A stretch of DNA of 64,000 nucleotides from an uncultured Acidobacteriota bacterium (GCA_963803775.1 CAWDNS010000004.1:80023-144022); one strand, 5' to 3'; counted from the stretch's first letter, positions 8,649 to 19,471 are shown. The notes: generated from the letters alone by a model not told the origin. Numbers and translations are program-made.

Positions 8649-9157
8649 CCATCTCCATCATCCTCGCACTGCTGGCTTTGAGTGTTCCGGTTATCATTCG
8701 TCTGGCCAAAGGCCGTGCGGCCACCCCACGGATCGAGCAACTTCGATCGGTAGACCTCCGCGCCTTTCGAAACTTAATGGATCCGGACGAAGAAGAATAC
8801 CTGCGCCAGCACTTGCCCGCAGCGGAGTTTCGCCGTATTCAGCGTGAACGCCTGCGGGCGGCGGTGGAGTACATTCAATGCGCCGCTTTCAACGCTGCGG
8901 TACTGATGAACTTCGCGGACGCGGCGCGGCAAAGCCCCGATCCCGCAGTCGCCCGAGCTGCAGTCAAGCTCACCGACAACGCTATTCGTTTGCGCAGCTT
9001 TGCCTTCCGCGCAATCCCCAAACTCTACCTGGGCATGATCTTCCCCGGACACGGCTTCTCACCCGCGCCCGTGGCGGAAAGCTACGAACAGATGACCCGG
9101 CAAGTCGTGTTGCTGGGTTTGCAGTATCCAACTGGGGAAATTTCCGGCGCGCTCTAA
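8645..9157 (+). CDS. Membrane-anchored protein, unknown function
   Basis: ATGA start/stop overlap with the preceding gene. A single N-terminal TM (MTISIILALLALSVPVIIRL) is followed by a helical soluble domain. Confidence 0.55.
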   Translation: MTISIILALLALSVPVIIRLAKGRAATPRIEQLRSVDLRAFRNLMDPDEEEYLRQHLPAAEFRRIQRERLRAAVEYIQCAAFNAAVLMNFADAARQSPDPAVARAAVKLTDNAIRLRSFAFRAIPKLYLGMIFPGHGFSPAPVAESYEQMTRQVVLLGLQYPTGEISGAL

Positions 9158-9180
9158 ACCCCACTGCCCCGCTACTGCCG

Positions 9181-9798
9181 TCAGTCCGCTGCCGCCGAGG
9201 TCTGCACCGCTTCTACCAACGGCATATTCACCAGATGCTCACTGACAAACCAGGCTTGCAGCTCGTTAGTCCGCAACACATCGCTGACCGCCAGATCGTT
9301 GGTCCCATCATCCCCAAGTTTGTCAGCCCGCGCCGCTAACTCCCGGCTCTGCCCGATGATCAACTGATGCGCGTCCAGCAAGCGTGACAGTTGCACCGGA
9401 ACCTCTTCTCTGCCTCGTGGCGGACGTTCGATCTTTGTGAGTTCCGCAACATCATGCGCCATGGCGATGCTCAAGCCACCCAGCAACTGAATGCGCTCGG
9501 CGATGGTGTCCACCAGTTCCGACTGCTCGCCGAAATGCTTATCAAACAGCAAATGCAGTTGATAAAAAGTCGGTCCGGCAACCTGCCAGTGCGATTTCTT
9601 GTACAGATCACGCAGGGTCATGGTGTCCGCCAACAACTGGTTCAGCTTTTCCGTCATTTCGAGCCGGATCGGTTCTTCCAGTTCCAGCGGCAGAGCGTGC
9701 GTGACTGTGCCGTATTCCTGGATTGCACCTGCTCTTTGATGGATTCGCGGCTGAGCGCTCACCCGTGACGGTGGCTTAGAATCATTTTTTTTCGACAT
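9181..9798 (-). CDS. dps: Dps-family DNA protection / ferritin-like protein with an N-terminal extension
   Basis: LYKKSHWQVAGPTFYQLHLLFDKHFGEQSELVDTIAERIQLLGG matches the Dps ferroxidase-site helices. Confidence 0.88.
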   Translation of the reverse strand: MSKKNDSKPPSRVSAQPRIHQRAGAIQEYGTVTHALPLELEEPIRLEMTEKLNQLLADTMTLRDLYKKSHWQVAGPTFYQLHLLFDKHFGEQSELVDTIAERIQLLGGLSIAMAHDVAELTKIERPPRGREEVPVQLSRLLDAHQLIIGQSRELAARADKLGDDGTNDLAVSDVLRTNELQAWFVSEHLVNMPLVEAVQTSAAAD

Positions 9799-10038
9799 GG
9801 GAAGTCTCCTCTTCTTTCAAAATGGGAATGCTGGCAACAGCTAGGCTGCCTTCGATGCTTGGACCGCCGGCCGATGTTGCCGGCGCATACAGAAACTCAT
9901 TTGCGGAGGCACTTCGGACTCGTGTCCTCCGTGCTCTGAGATGCTTTTCAACTGGGAACGGATTCCCATTAGTTATTGTGCTTGGTCGCGTACCAAGTTT
10001 CAACCCAGCCGGGCCAGCAAAAATCCGCGCAATTGTCT

Positions 10039-12753
10039 ATGATGGAAGCTTCCCACCAGTATGGAGAAACAGCCTTGCCTGAGACGCAGACCGACGGATT
10101 AGAAGTTCTCGAAACCAGGGAGTGGCTGGATTCGCTGGATTATGTCCTCTCCAAGGGCGGCCCCGACCGCGCCGGGCGCCTGCTGCAACAGCTTTCCCTG
10201 CATGCCAAACGCGCCGCCGGAGTGAACCTGCCGTTCACCGCCACGACGCCTTATACAAATACGATTTCTGCCATCCAGCAACCGCCCTTTCCCGGCAGTC
10301 AGGAAATGGAACGCCGCATCAAGAGCCTGGTCCGTTGGAATGCGCTGGCCATGGTGGTGCGCGCCAACAAGCTCCAGGAAGGCATCGGCGGGCATATCTC
10401 GACCTTCGCCTCGGCTGCAACTCTTTATGAAGTCGCTTTCAACCATTTTCTCCACGCGCAAAACGAGAGCGGAGATCGCGACCTGGTCTACTTTCAAGGA
10501 CACGCCGCCCCCGGAATCTATGCCCGCGCTTATCTCGAAGGCCGCATCCCCAAGCAAAAGCTGGAGAACTTTCGCCGCGAACTCAAGCCCGAAGGCGGTC
10601 TTTCTTCTTATCCGCATCCTTGGCTGATGCCAGATTTCTGGGAGTTCCCTACCGTTTCCATGGGGCTCGGTCCCATTCAAGCCATCTACCAGGCGCGCTT
10701 CATGCGTTATCTGGAAAACCGCGGATTGAAGCAAACCACGGGCGGCAAAGTCTGGGCCTTCCTCGGTGACGGAGAAATGGATGAACCCGAATCGCTCGGT
10801 TCCATCACTCTGGCCTCCCGCGAGCGCCTCGACAACCTCATTTTCGTGGTCAATTGCAATCTACAACGACTCGATGGTCCCGTCCGCGGCAATGGCAAGA
10901 TCATCCAGGAACTGGAAGCCATTTTCCGCGGCGCGGGATGGAATGTCATTAAGTGCATCTGGGGCACCGATTGGGACAGCCTCCTGCGCAACGATCGTGA
11001 CGGCTTGCTGGTCAAGCGCATGGGCGAAATCAGCGACGGTCAGTATCAGAAATACTTCGTCGAAAGCGGGACCTATTTCCGGCAAAATTTCTTCGGTACC
11101 GACCCGCGCCTGCTCAAGATGGTGGAGCATCTTTCCGACGAGCAGCTTGCCCGCATGCGGCTGGGTGGCCACGATCCCATCAAGGTCCACGCCGCCTTCC
11201 GTGCGGCTGTCGATCACAAGGGGTCACCCTCCATCGTCCTTGCCAAGACCATCAAGGGCTACGGTCTGGGTGAAGCCGGCGAAGGTAAGAACATCACCCA
11301 CCAACAGAAAAAGCTCAACGACGACGAGTTGCAGATGTTCCGTTCGCGTTTCGGAATCCCCATCCCTGATGCCGAACTGCACGACGCGCCCTTCTATCGT
11401 CCTGCTGACGACAGCCCAGAAATTCGTTATATGCAGGAGCGCCGCAAGCAACTGGGCGGCTATTTGCCGGAACGGAAAGTTCGCTCCCGGCCCATCGGCT
11501 CCGGATGGGAATCGCATTTCGAAGAGTTCTATAAAGGCACTGAAGGCCGCGATGTAGCCACAACCATGGTCTTCGTACGCATGCTGGGGAAGTTGTTGCG
11601 CGACCCGGAAATCGGCAAACTGATCGTCCCTATCATTCCCGACGAAGCCCGCACCTTCGGCATGGAAGCACTGTTCCGCCAAATCGGAATCTACTCCAGT
11701 GTCGGCCAACTCTACGAGCCGGTCGATATGGATACGCTCCTCTACTACAAAGAAGCACGGAACGGACAAATTCTCGAAGAAGGCATCACCGAAGCCGGCT
11801 CCATGTGCTCGTTTATCGCCGCCGGCACGGCCTATGCCACTTACGGCATCAATACCATCCCTTTCTTTATTTATTACTCCATGTTCGGCTTCCAACGCAT
11901 CGGCGACTTGATCTGGGCCGCAGCCGACATGCGCACTCGCGGCTTCATGATCGGAGGCACCGCTGGACGCACCACTTTGGCCGGCGAAGGGCTGCAACAT
12001 CAGGACGGTCACAGCCACGTGCTGGCGCTCGCTGTACCCAACATTCTGGCTTATGATCCAGCCTTTGCCTACGAAATCGCGGTCATTATCCAGGACGGCA
12101 TTAAGCGCATGTACATCGATCAGGAGTCAGTTTTCTACTATCTGACCGTCACCAACGAGCCACTGCCGATGCCGGAAATGCCTGCGGGTGAGGGCGTCCG
12201 CGACGGTATCCTGCGCGGCTTGTACCGTTTCAAGGCATCGGAAAAGAAAGACGCGAAACTCAAAGCCCAGCTTTTCGGCAGCGGAGCAATTATGTACGAG
12301 GTGCTCAAGGCGCAACAGATTCTCGAAGAGAAGTACAACGTGGCTGCCGATGTCTGGAGCGTTACCAGTTACAAGCGTCTGTACCGCGAAGCCAACCACT
12401 GCGACCGCTGGAACATGCTCCATCCTGGTCAGCCGCCGCAGGTGTCGTTTGTGAGCCAGTGCCTGAAGGACGCGAAGGGAGTGTTTGTGGCCGCGTCAGA
12501 CAACATGAAGATTCTGCCGGAATCCATTGCCCGCTGGGTGCCCGGGCCGTTGGTGGCCTTGGGTACGGACGGTTTCGGTCGCAGCGAGAGTCGAGCCTCC
12601 CTGCGCGACTTCTTCGAAGTCGATGCCAAGCACATTGTGCTGGCTACGCTGAACGCGCTGGCCACGGAAAAACAAATTGCCCCGGAATGTGCCGAGAAAG
12701 CGGTTCGTGAACTCGGCATCGATCCGGAGAAACCTAACCCGGCATTCAGTTAG
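10039..12753 (+). CDS. aceE: Pyruvate dehydrogenase E1 component, homodimeric type
   Basis: About 900 aa with ETREWLDSLDYVL near the N-terminus and the ThDP motif GDGEMDEPES...NCNLQRLDG. ATG 10039 is preferred over the ORF-track start 9976. Confidence 0.93.
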   Translation: MMEASHQYGETALPETQTDGLEVLETREWLDSLDYVLSKGGPDRAGRLLQQLSLHAKRAAGVNLPFTATTPYTNTISAIQQPPFPGSQEMERRIKSLVRWNALAMVVRANKLQEGIGGHISTFASAATLYEVAFNHFLHAQNESGDRDLVYFQGHAAPGIYARAYLEGRIPKQKLENFRRELKPEGGLSSYPHPWLMPDFWEFPTVSMGLGPIQAIYQARFMRYLENRGLKQTTGGKVWAFLGDGEMDEPESLGSITLASRERLDNLIFVVNCNLQRLDGPVRGNGKIIQELEAIFRGAGWNVIKCIWGTDWDSLLRNDRDGLLVKRMGEISDGQYQKYFVESGTYFRQNFFGTDPRLLKMVEHLSDEQLARMRLGGHDPIKVHAAFRAAVDHKGSPSIVLAKTIKGYGLGEAGEGKNITHQQKKLNDDELQMFRSRFGIPIPDAELHDAPFYRPADDSPEIRYMQERRKQLGGYLPERKVRSRPIGSGWESHFEEFYKGTEGRDVATTMVFVRMLGKLLRDPEIGKLIVPIIPDEARTFGMEALFRQIGIYSSVGQLYEPVDMDTLLYYKEARNGQILEEGITEAGSMCSFIAAGTAYATYGINTIPFFIYYSMFGFQRIGDLIWAAADMRTRGFMIGGTAGRTTLAGEGLQHQDGHSHVLALAVPNILAYDPAFAYEIAVIIQDGIKRMYIDQESVFYYLTVTNEPLPMPEMPAGEGVRDGILRGLYRFKASEKKDAKLKAQLFGSGAIMYEVLKAQQILEEKYNVAADVWSVTSYKRLYREANHCDRWNMLHPGQPPQVSFVSQCLKDAKGVFVAASDNMKILPESIARWVPGPLVALGTDGFGRSESRASLRDFFEVDAKHIVLATLNALATEKQIAPECAEKAVRELGIDPEKPNPAFS

Positions 12754-12771
12754 CGGATTTTGCGATTAAGA

Positions 12772-12846
12772 GATTCGTATCAGGGCACGCCTTCAGGCGT
12801 GCCGCAAACATGGCCTTTCAACCGCGCCTTTAGGCGCTGAGGCGCG
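12772..12846. repeat. REP-like intergenic element (GATTCGTATCAGGG core plus two hairpins)
   Basis: The 14-nt core at 12772-12785 is identical to the core inside the 370-bp tandem unit (for example 20255-20268). Hairpins are GGCACGCC-TTCA-GGCGTGCC (12784-12803) and GCGCC-TTTA-GGCGC (12824-12837). Confidence 0.6.
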
Positions 12847-12867
12847 AGAAGCACAAGGGAGCATCCG

Positions 12868-14577
12868 TTGACTGAATTCAAACTACCGGAGCTAGGCGAA
12901 AACATCGACCAGGGGGAACTGGTCCGGCTGATGATTTCGCCCGGCGCGACCATCACCGAAGGCCAGCCCGTGATGGAACTGGAAACTGACAAGGCCGTCG
13001 TCGAAGTGCCTTCATCGGTGACTGGCACGGTGAAAGAGATTCGCGTCAAAGAAGGCCAAAAGATCAAAGTCGGCCAGGTGATCTTCACCGTGGACAACGG
13101 CGCCGGTACTGCGGCTCCCGCGCCTTCGGCCAAGCAAACCGCCGTGCCCATCGCTAAAACAGCTCCCGCGGCTGCCCCGGCTCAGGCTGCGGCTGCCGCT
13201 GCTCCCGCGCGTCGCGCCACTGACGCATCGGCCCCCAACGACTTCAAGCTCCCGGAACTCGGCGAAAACATCGAACAAGGCGAACTAGTCCGTCTCATGA
13301 TTTCCCCTGGCGCAAAAGTCTCCGAAGGTCAGCCGGTGATGGAACTCGAGACCGACAAAGCCGTCGTCGAAGTTCCTTCCTCTGTTACTGGAGTCGTGAA
13401 AGACATCCTGGTTAAGCAGGGCGAAAAGATCAAAGTAGGACAAGTCATCTTTACGCTTGAAGGCGGCGCGGCTCCTCAAGCCGAAAAACCCAGGCACGCT
13501 CCCGTCGAACACTTCTCCGAGCAAACTGCCGCCCGACTGACCTTCCAAACCGCCATCCAGGCCGAAGGAAAAACCGAACAGCAGGCGCTGCCGCCCGATA
13601 AGCCTCAGCCTCTGCCGCCGTCATTCACCATGCCGGCGCAATTGGGCAAAGTTGCCGGAAGCGACCACGGTGAACCTGTACCCGCCGCGCCGCACGTCCG
13701 ACGACTCGCCCGGGAACTTGGCCTCGATATTCATGGCGTTAAAGGATCTGGTCCCGGTGGCCGCATCAGCGAAGACGATGTCAAGAACTATTCCAAGTCA
13801 TTGCTGGCCTCAGCCACCGCGGCGCCCCGCGGAAGTCAATTCGCCCAACCAACTCTCCCCGATTTCACCAAGTGGGGAAAGATCGAGCGCGTTTCCATCC
13901 GCGGTGTGAGGCGCAAGACTGCCGAACACTTGTGGCAGGCTTGGACGACTATTCCCCACGTTACCCAACAAGATCACGCCGACATCACTGAACTCGAGCA
14001 GCTGCGCGCCCGTTTCGCTCCCAAAGCTCAAGAAGCCGGCGGCAAGATGACCGTCACTGCCATCGCCCTCAAAGTCTGCGCCTCGGCCCTCAAGATCTTC
14101 CCTCAGTTCAACGCCAGCCTCGACATGGCGATAGAAGAAATTGTCTACAAGCAGTACATCAACATCGGTGTCGCAGTTGACACCGATCGCGGCCTGCTCG
14201 TGCCCGTCATCCGCGACGTCGACAAGAAAAACATCGTAGAACTGGCCACCGAACTCACCCAGCTTTCGGTTAAGGCACGGGAGAAAAAGCTAACGCCGGA
14301 AGAAATGCAAGGCGGGACCTTCACCATTACCAACCTCGGAGGCATTGGCGGCGATGGATTTTCGCCCATCGTCAATCATCCCGAAGTCGCGATCCTCGGG
14401 CTGTCGCGATCCAGCATGCAGCCTATATATATCGGCGGCAAGTTCGAACCGCGGCTGGTGTTGCCGCTATCGCTTTCGTACGATCATCGCCTGATCGACG
14501 GCGCTGACGCTGCCCGATTCCTGCGCTGGATCGCCGAAGCTTTCGAACAGCCGTTCTTGCTATCAGTACAAGGATGA
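12868..14577 (+). CDS. aceF: Dihydrolipoamide acetyltransferase (E2) with two lipoyl domains
   Basis: TTG start after AAGGGA. The lipoyl motif ELETDKAVVEVPS occurs twice. An E3-binding domain (PHVRRLARELGLDIHGVKGSGPGGRI) and the catalytic DHRLIDGA motif are present. Confidence 0.92.
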   Translation: MTEFKLPELGENIDQGELVRLMISPGATITEGQPVMELETDKAVVEVPSSVTGTVKEIRVKEGQKIKVGQVIFTVDNGAGTAAPAPSAKQTAVPIAKTAPAAAPAQAAAAAAPARRATDASAPNDFKLPELGENIEQGELVRLMISPGAKVSEGQPVMELETDKAVVEVPSSVTGVVKDILVKQGEKIKVGQVIFTLEGGAAPQAEKPRHAPVEHFSEQTAARLTFQTAIQAEGKTEQQALPPDKPQPLPPSFTMPAQLGKVAGSDHGEPVPAAPHVRRLARELGLDIHGVKGSGPGGRISEDDVKNYSKSLLASATAAPRGSQFAQPTLPDFTKWGKIERVSIRGVRRKTAEHLWQAWTTIPHVTQQDHADITELEQLRARFAPKAQEAGGKMTVTAIALKVCASALKIFPQFNASLDMAIEEIVYKQYINIGVAVDTDRGLLVPVIRDVDKKNIVELATELTQLSVKAREKKLTPEEMQGGTFTITNLGGIGGDGFSPIVNHPEVAILGLSRSSMQPIYIGGKFEPRLVLPLSLSYDHRLIDGADAARFLRWIAEAFEQPFLLSVQG

Positions 14578-14595
14578 ACGAATTCCCCGGTGTAA

Positions 14596-14625
14596 CTCTG
14601 TGTCCTCTGTGGTGAAGATTTTTGA
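14596..14625 (+). repeat. CTCTGTG-heptad intergenic element, copy 1
   Basis: CTCTGTGTCCTCTGTGGTGAAGATTTTT lies 19 nt after the aceF stop. Related copies are at 16091-16119 (+) and 24081-24120 (-). Confidence 0.6.
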
Positions 14626-14638
14626 TTGATAACTTTTC

Positions 14639-16060
14639 ATGACCGAACCATCGAACCTGCACGTAGCAGTAATCGGCGCCGGCCCCGGCGGCTATGCCGC
14701 AGCCTTTCTGGCCGCTGACCTCGGCATGCAAGTCACAATAATTGATCCCGAGGCCAATCCCGGCGGCGTCTGCCTCTACCGCGGGTGTATCCCCTCGAAA
14801 GCCCTGCTGCACGTCGCCAAGCTGATCTACGAATCCCGTCACGCCAAAGACTGGGGTATCGACTTCGCCGCCCCGCAAATCGATCTCGCCCGCCTTCGCT
14901 CCTGGAAAGAAGGCGTCGTCAAGAAACTCACCGGCGGCCTCGGTGTGCTTTCGAAACAACGCAAAGTCGAATACATCCAGGGCCGGGCGTCCTTTGACAA
15001 CTCAACTACTCTACGTATTACACGCGCGAACGCCGACGACGAGTCCCGCAGCTTCGATCGCATCATCATCGCCACTGGTTCGCGCCCAGCGATCGTTCCC
15101 ACTCTTAAGCTCGACACTCCCCGCATGTTGGATTCAACTTCCGCCCTCGACCTCACCGACGTCCCCGGCAGTTTGCTCGTAGTTGGCGGCGGATACATCG
15201 GCCTCGAACTCGGCACGGTTTACGCCGCGCTCGGATCGAAAGTTTCCGTGGTCGAAATGCTTCCGGGCCTTTTGCCCGGAGCCGACCGCGATCTCGTCCT
15301 TCCCCTGTACAAGCGCTTAGAGAAGTCCTTCGCTTCGATCATGCTGAACACAACCGTCTCTGGAGTAAAAGAAGACGCCGCCGGCCTCCGCGTGACCTTC
15401 GACGGCCCCGAAGTCAAAGAACGCGAACGAGTATTCGACAAAGTTCTGGTCTCGGTAGGCCGCAAACCCAACTCCGAGATTCCCGGCCTCGACAAGACTC
15501 AAGTCAAAGTTGGCGCCCGCGGATTCATCCAGGTCAATAAACAATTGCAAACCGGCGATCCCGCCATCTATGCCATCGGCGACGTTGTCGGCGAACCCAT
15601 GCTGGCGCACAAAGCCTCGCATGAAGGCCGAACCGCCGTAGAAGCCATCGCCGGACACAAAGTTGCATTCGAACCCAACGCAATTCCTGCCGTCATTTTC
15701 ACTGATCCCGAAATCGCCTGGGCTGGTCTGACCGAAACTCAGGCCCAAAAAGACAATCGCGAGATCAAGGTCGCCAAATTTCCTTGGGGAGCTTCCGGCC
15801 GTGCGATAACTCTCGACCGCCCCGAAGGCACAACCAAACTCATCATCGATCGGCAAACCGAGCGCGTGCTGGGTGTCGGCATCGTTGGAGCAGGCGCGGG
15901 CGAACTGATCGCCGAAGGCGTTCTCGCCATCGAGATGGGCGCCGTCGCCAAGGATATCGCGCTCACCATCCATCCTCATCCCACACTGTCAGAGACCGTG
16001 ATGGAGTCCGCCGAAGTCTTCTTCGGCACCAGCACCCACGTCTACCGCCCGAAGAAATAG
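14639..16060 (+). CDS. lpdA: Dihydrolipoyl dehydrogenase (E3)
   Basis: FAD motif VIGAGPGGY, redox-active disulfide GGVCLYRGCIPSK and the C-terminal interface HPHPTLSE. Confidence 0.93.
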   Translation: MTEPSNLHVAVIGAGPGGYAAAFLAADLGMQVTIIDPEANPGGVCLYRGCIPSKALLHVAKLIYESRHAKDWGIDFAAPQIDLARLRSWKEGVVKKLTGGLGVLSKQRKVEYIQGRASFDNSTTLRITRANADDESRSFDRIIIATGSRPAIVPTLKLDTPRMLDSTSALDLTDVPGSLLVVGGGYIGLELGTVYAALGSKVSVVEMLPGLLPGADRDLVLPLYKRLEKSFASIMLNTTVSGVKEDAAGLRVTFDGPEVKERERVFDKVLVSVGRKPNSEIPGLDKTQVKVGARGFIQVNKQLQTGDPAIYAIGDVVGEPMLAHKASHEGRTAVEAIAGHKVAFEPNAIPAVIFTDPEIAWAGLTETQAQKDNREIKVAKFPWGASGRAITLDRPEGTTKLIIDRQTERVLGVGIVGAGAGELIAEGVLAIEMGAVAKDIALTIHPHPTLSETVMESAEVFFGTSTHVYRPKK

Positions 16061-16090
16061 AACCAACGGACAATCTTCGAGGAGGCGTAC

Positions 16091-16119
16091 CCTGTGCTCC
16101 TCTGTGGTTGAGGTTTTTC
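16091..16119 (+). repeat. CTCTGTG-heptad intergenic element, copy 2
   Basis: CCCTGTGCTCCTCTGTGGTTGAGGTTTTT lies 31 nt after the lpd stop. Confidence 0.6.
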
Positions 16120-16172
16120 GTAATCATGCCCATAAAGCTATACTGGTTTGCTTCCGAACCAAGGAGATTCTC

Positions 16173-18281
<2,109 letters not shown>

Positions 18282-18424
18282 TAAATACACGAAATCTTGT
18301 CAATAGCGACTTAGTTACTAATTCCGTCTAAACGCATGATCCCATTCCAAATATAAACTTCAAAACCGTGTCTCACTTACCCCCTGCAAAATGCTATTCT
18401 GGATATATAGGGTAATTACTCACA

Positions 18425-18449
18425 GGCGCGGCGTGCAGCCGCGCCTTTT
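18425..18449 (+). terminator. Rho-independent terminator candidate
   Basis: GGCGCGGC-GTGCA-GCCGCGCC followed by TTTT, in an AT-rich stretch downstream of the metallopeptidase gene. Confidence 0.55.
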
Positions 18450-18477
18450 CTATTGCCACAAATTGATTGGAGACACA

Positions 18478-18996
18478 GTGAAGACTTCCGGTATGGACAT
18501 TCGCAACCACAAAAAGCGCGGCCAATGGGCCGAGCTCCGTTTCATGACCAAGGCCACCGAACTAGGCTTTCAAGCCTCAAAACCGCTCGGCGATGCCGCC
18601 CCCTACGACGTAGTCCTCGACGTTGGCGGACGCTTCATCAGCGTCCAGGTCAAATCCACTTTCTTTTCCGCCAGCAACCTGAAGCCCGGCAACTTCGTAG
18701 CCAGCCTGTTTCACGGCAAGTATCCCGACCGCACCTACAAGCAATCCGACTTCGACTACCTCGCCGTCTACTACATTCCCAAAGACATCTGGTACATCAT
18801 CCCCTCAGCCCAGGCCGCCGGACGATTCGCCATCCGCGCCTGCCCCGGCGACAAACACAATCAGTGGGAACCCTACCGCGAAGCTTGGCACCTTCTCCAG
18901 GACCGCGCCCCCGCCCCACTCCAAAAGCCCGGCCACTTCGACCTCTACGGCATAATCGAAGACGACTACGTCCCGCCGCCCCGCGTAAGAAGGTAG
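18478..18996 (+). CDS. PD-(D/E)XK-type endonuclease (resembles the group-I-intron-associated PDDEXK_5 type)
   Basis: RGQWAELRFMTKATELGFQASKPLGDAAPYDVVLDVGGRFISVQVKS gives the D...(Q)xK core. GTG 18478 follows GGAGA; ATG 18493 is an alternative start. Confidence 0.55.
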   Translation: MKTSGMDIRNHKKRGQWAELRFMTKATELGFQASKPLGDAAPYDVVLDVGGRFISVQVKSTFFSASNLKPGNFVASLFHGKYPDRTYKQSDFDYLAVYYIPKDIWYIIPSAQAAGRFAIRACPGDKHNQWEPYREAWHLLQDRAPAPLQKPGHFDLYGIIEDDYVPPPRVRR

Positions 18997-19001
18997 CCAG
19001 C

Positions 19002-19068
19002 GTGGGGCGGACGCCCTCGTCCGCCGCTTTTGACTTTGCTTGTGTAGGCGCGGGCGTCCTCGCCCGTG
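19002..19068 (+). repeat. REP-like module 3 (GGGGCGGAC...GTCCGCC hairpin plus GTGTAGGCGCGGGCGTCCTCGCCCGTGC)
   Basis: The same module closes each 370-bp tandem unit (about 20476-20542 and 20848-20910). It also occurs inverted at about 29100-29170. Confidence 0.6.
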
Positions 19069-19096
19069 CTGCGGAGCGAAGCTCCGCAGCGCTTTT
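19069..19096 (+). terminator. Rho-independent terminator candidate after the nuclease gene
   Basis: CTGCGGAGC-GAA-GCTCCGCAG followed by CGCTTTT. Confidence 0.5.
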
Positions 19097-19100
19097 CGGA

Positions 19101-19442
19101 TCACCGGCGGCCCTGATTCACCAGATCCTTTAACTTGATCCCGCCCAGAGACAGCTTGTGCCGCTTGCCGCAACTCGCCAGGCGCTCGGCCACCTCGGCA
19201 GCCGGACGCACCCGCCCTTCCTTCACATCCTCAAGGCCTCGCCGGATGCCTTGCGCCGCGCTGGCACTCGCGGCCACATCCAGCAGGCGCTGGTACGCCG
19301 CCGCATCTTGAATTACCGCCGCGGCTTTGCCGTTCACGGTCAGCACCACCGGCCGCTTGCTCTTCTTAATCTGCTTGAGGAAATCGCTTGAGCGGCGCCG
19401 GAATGTGGTCAGCGACTGAATGTCTTTCGTGATGTCCAGCAT
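19101..19442 (-). CDS. Phd/YefM-family antitoxin with no intact cognate toxin; the C-terminus appears fused to the first ~16 codons of a RelE/ParE-like toxin
   Basis: MLDITKDIQSLTTFRRRSSDFLKQIKKSKRPVVLTVNGKAAAVIQDAAAYQRLL is a classic Phd fold. The tail HKLSLGGIKLKDLVNQ resembles a RelE/ParE N-terminus and stops where REP module 3 begins. Confidence 0.75.
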   Translation of the reverse strand: MLDITKDIQSLTTFRRRSSDFLKQIKKSKRPVVLTVNGKAAAVIQDAAAYQRLLDVAASASAAQGIRRGLEDVKEGRVRPAAEVAERLASCGKRHKLSLGGIKLKDLVNQGRR

Positions 19443-19453
19443 GAGGGCAGTAT

Positions 19454-19471
19454 AGCACCTTTAAAGGTGCT
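19454..19471 (-). promoter_or_regulatory. Perfect 18-bp palindrome (candidate antitoxin operator) next to a TATACT -10 box
   Basis: AGCACCTTTAAAGGTGCT equals its own reverse complement. On the minus strand it is followed by TATACT and then the ATG 7 nt later, so the mRNA is possibly leaderless. Confidence 0.45.

Noticed and set aside
9831-9846. Sigma-54-like match TGGCAACAGCTAGGCT upstream of aceE
   Set aside because: Only the GG/GC spacing fits, and the -12 region (AGGCT) is poor. Sigma-54 control of pyruvate dehydrogenase has no supporting context.
10099-12018. Several 100-260-aa ORFs overlapping aceE (for example 10766..11557 +, 11224..12018 -). Similar ORFs overlap the MCP gene (45224..46033 -), the metallopeptidase gene (17301..18215 -), the ADH gene (60492..61211 -) and the cyclase gene (55185..55844 -).
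   Set aside because: All lie in alternative frames of genes with strong family signatures and are interpreted as shadow ORFs.
16104-16172. ATG 16104 as the start of the metallopeptidase
   Set aside because: It lies inside the CTCTGTG repeat element and adds 23 residues before the signal peptide. GTG 16173 has an AAGGAG RBS.
18453-19133. 226-aa Arg/Pro-rich ORF overlapping the PD-(D/E)XK gene and the REP module
   Set aside because: It is an alternative frame of a motif-supported gene and runs through a repeat and a terminator hairpin. Its composition is not protein-like.
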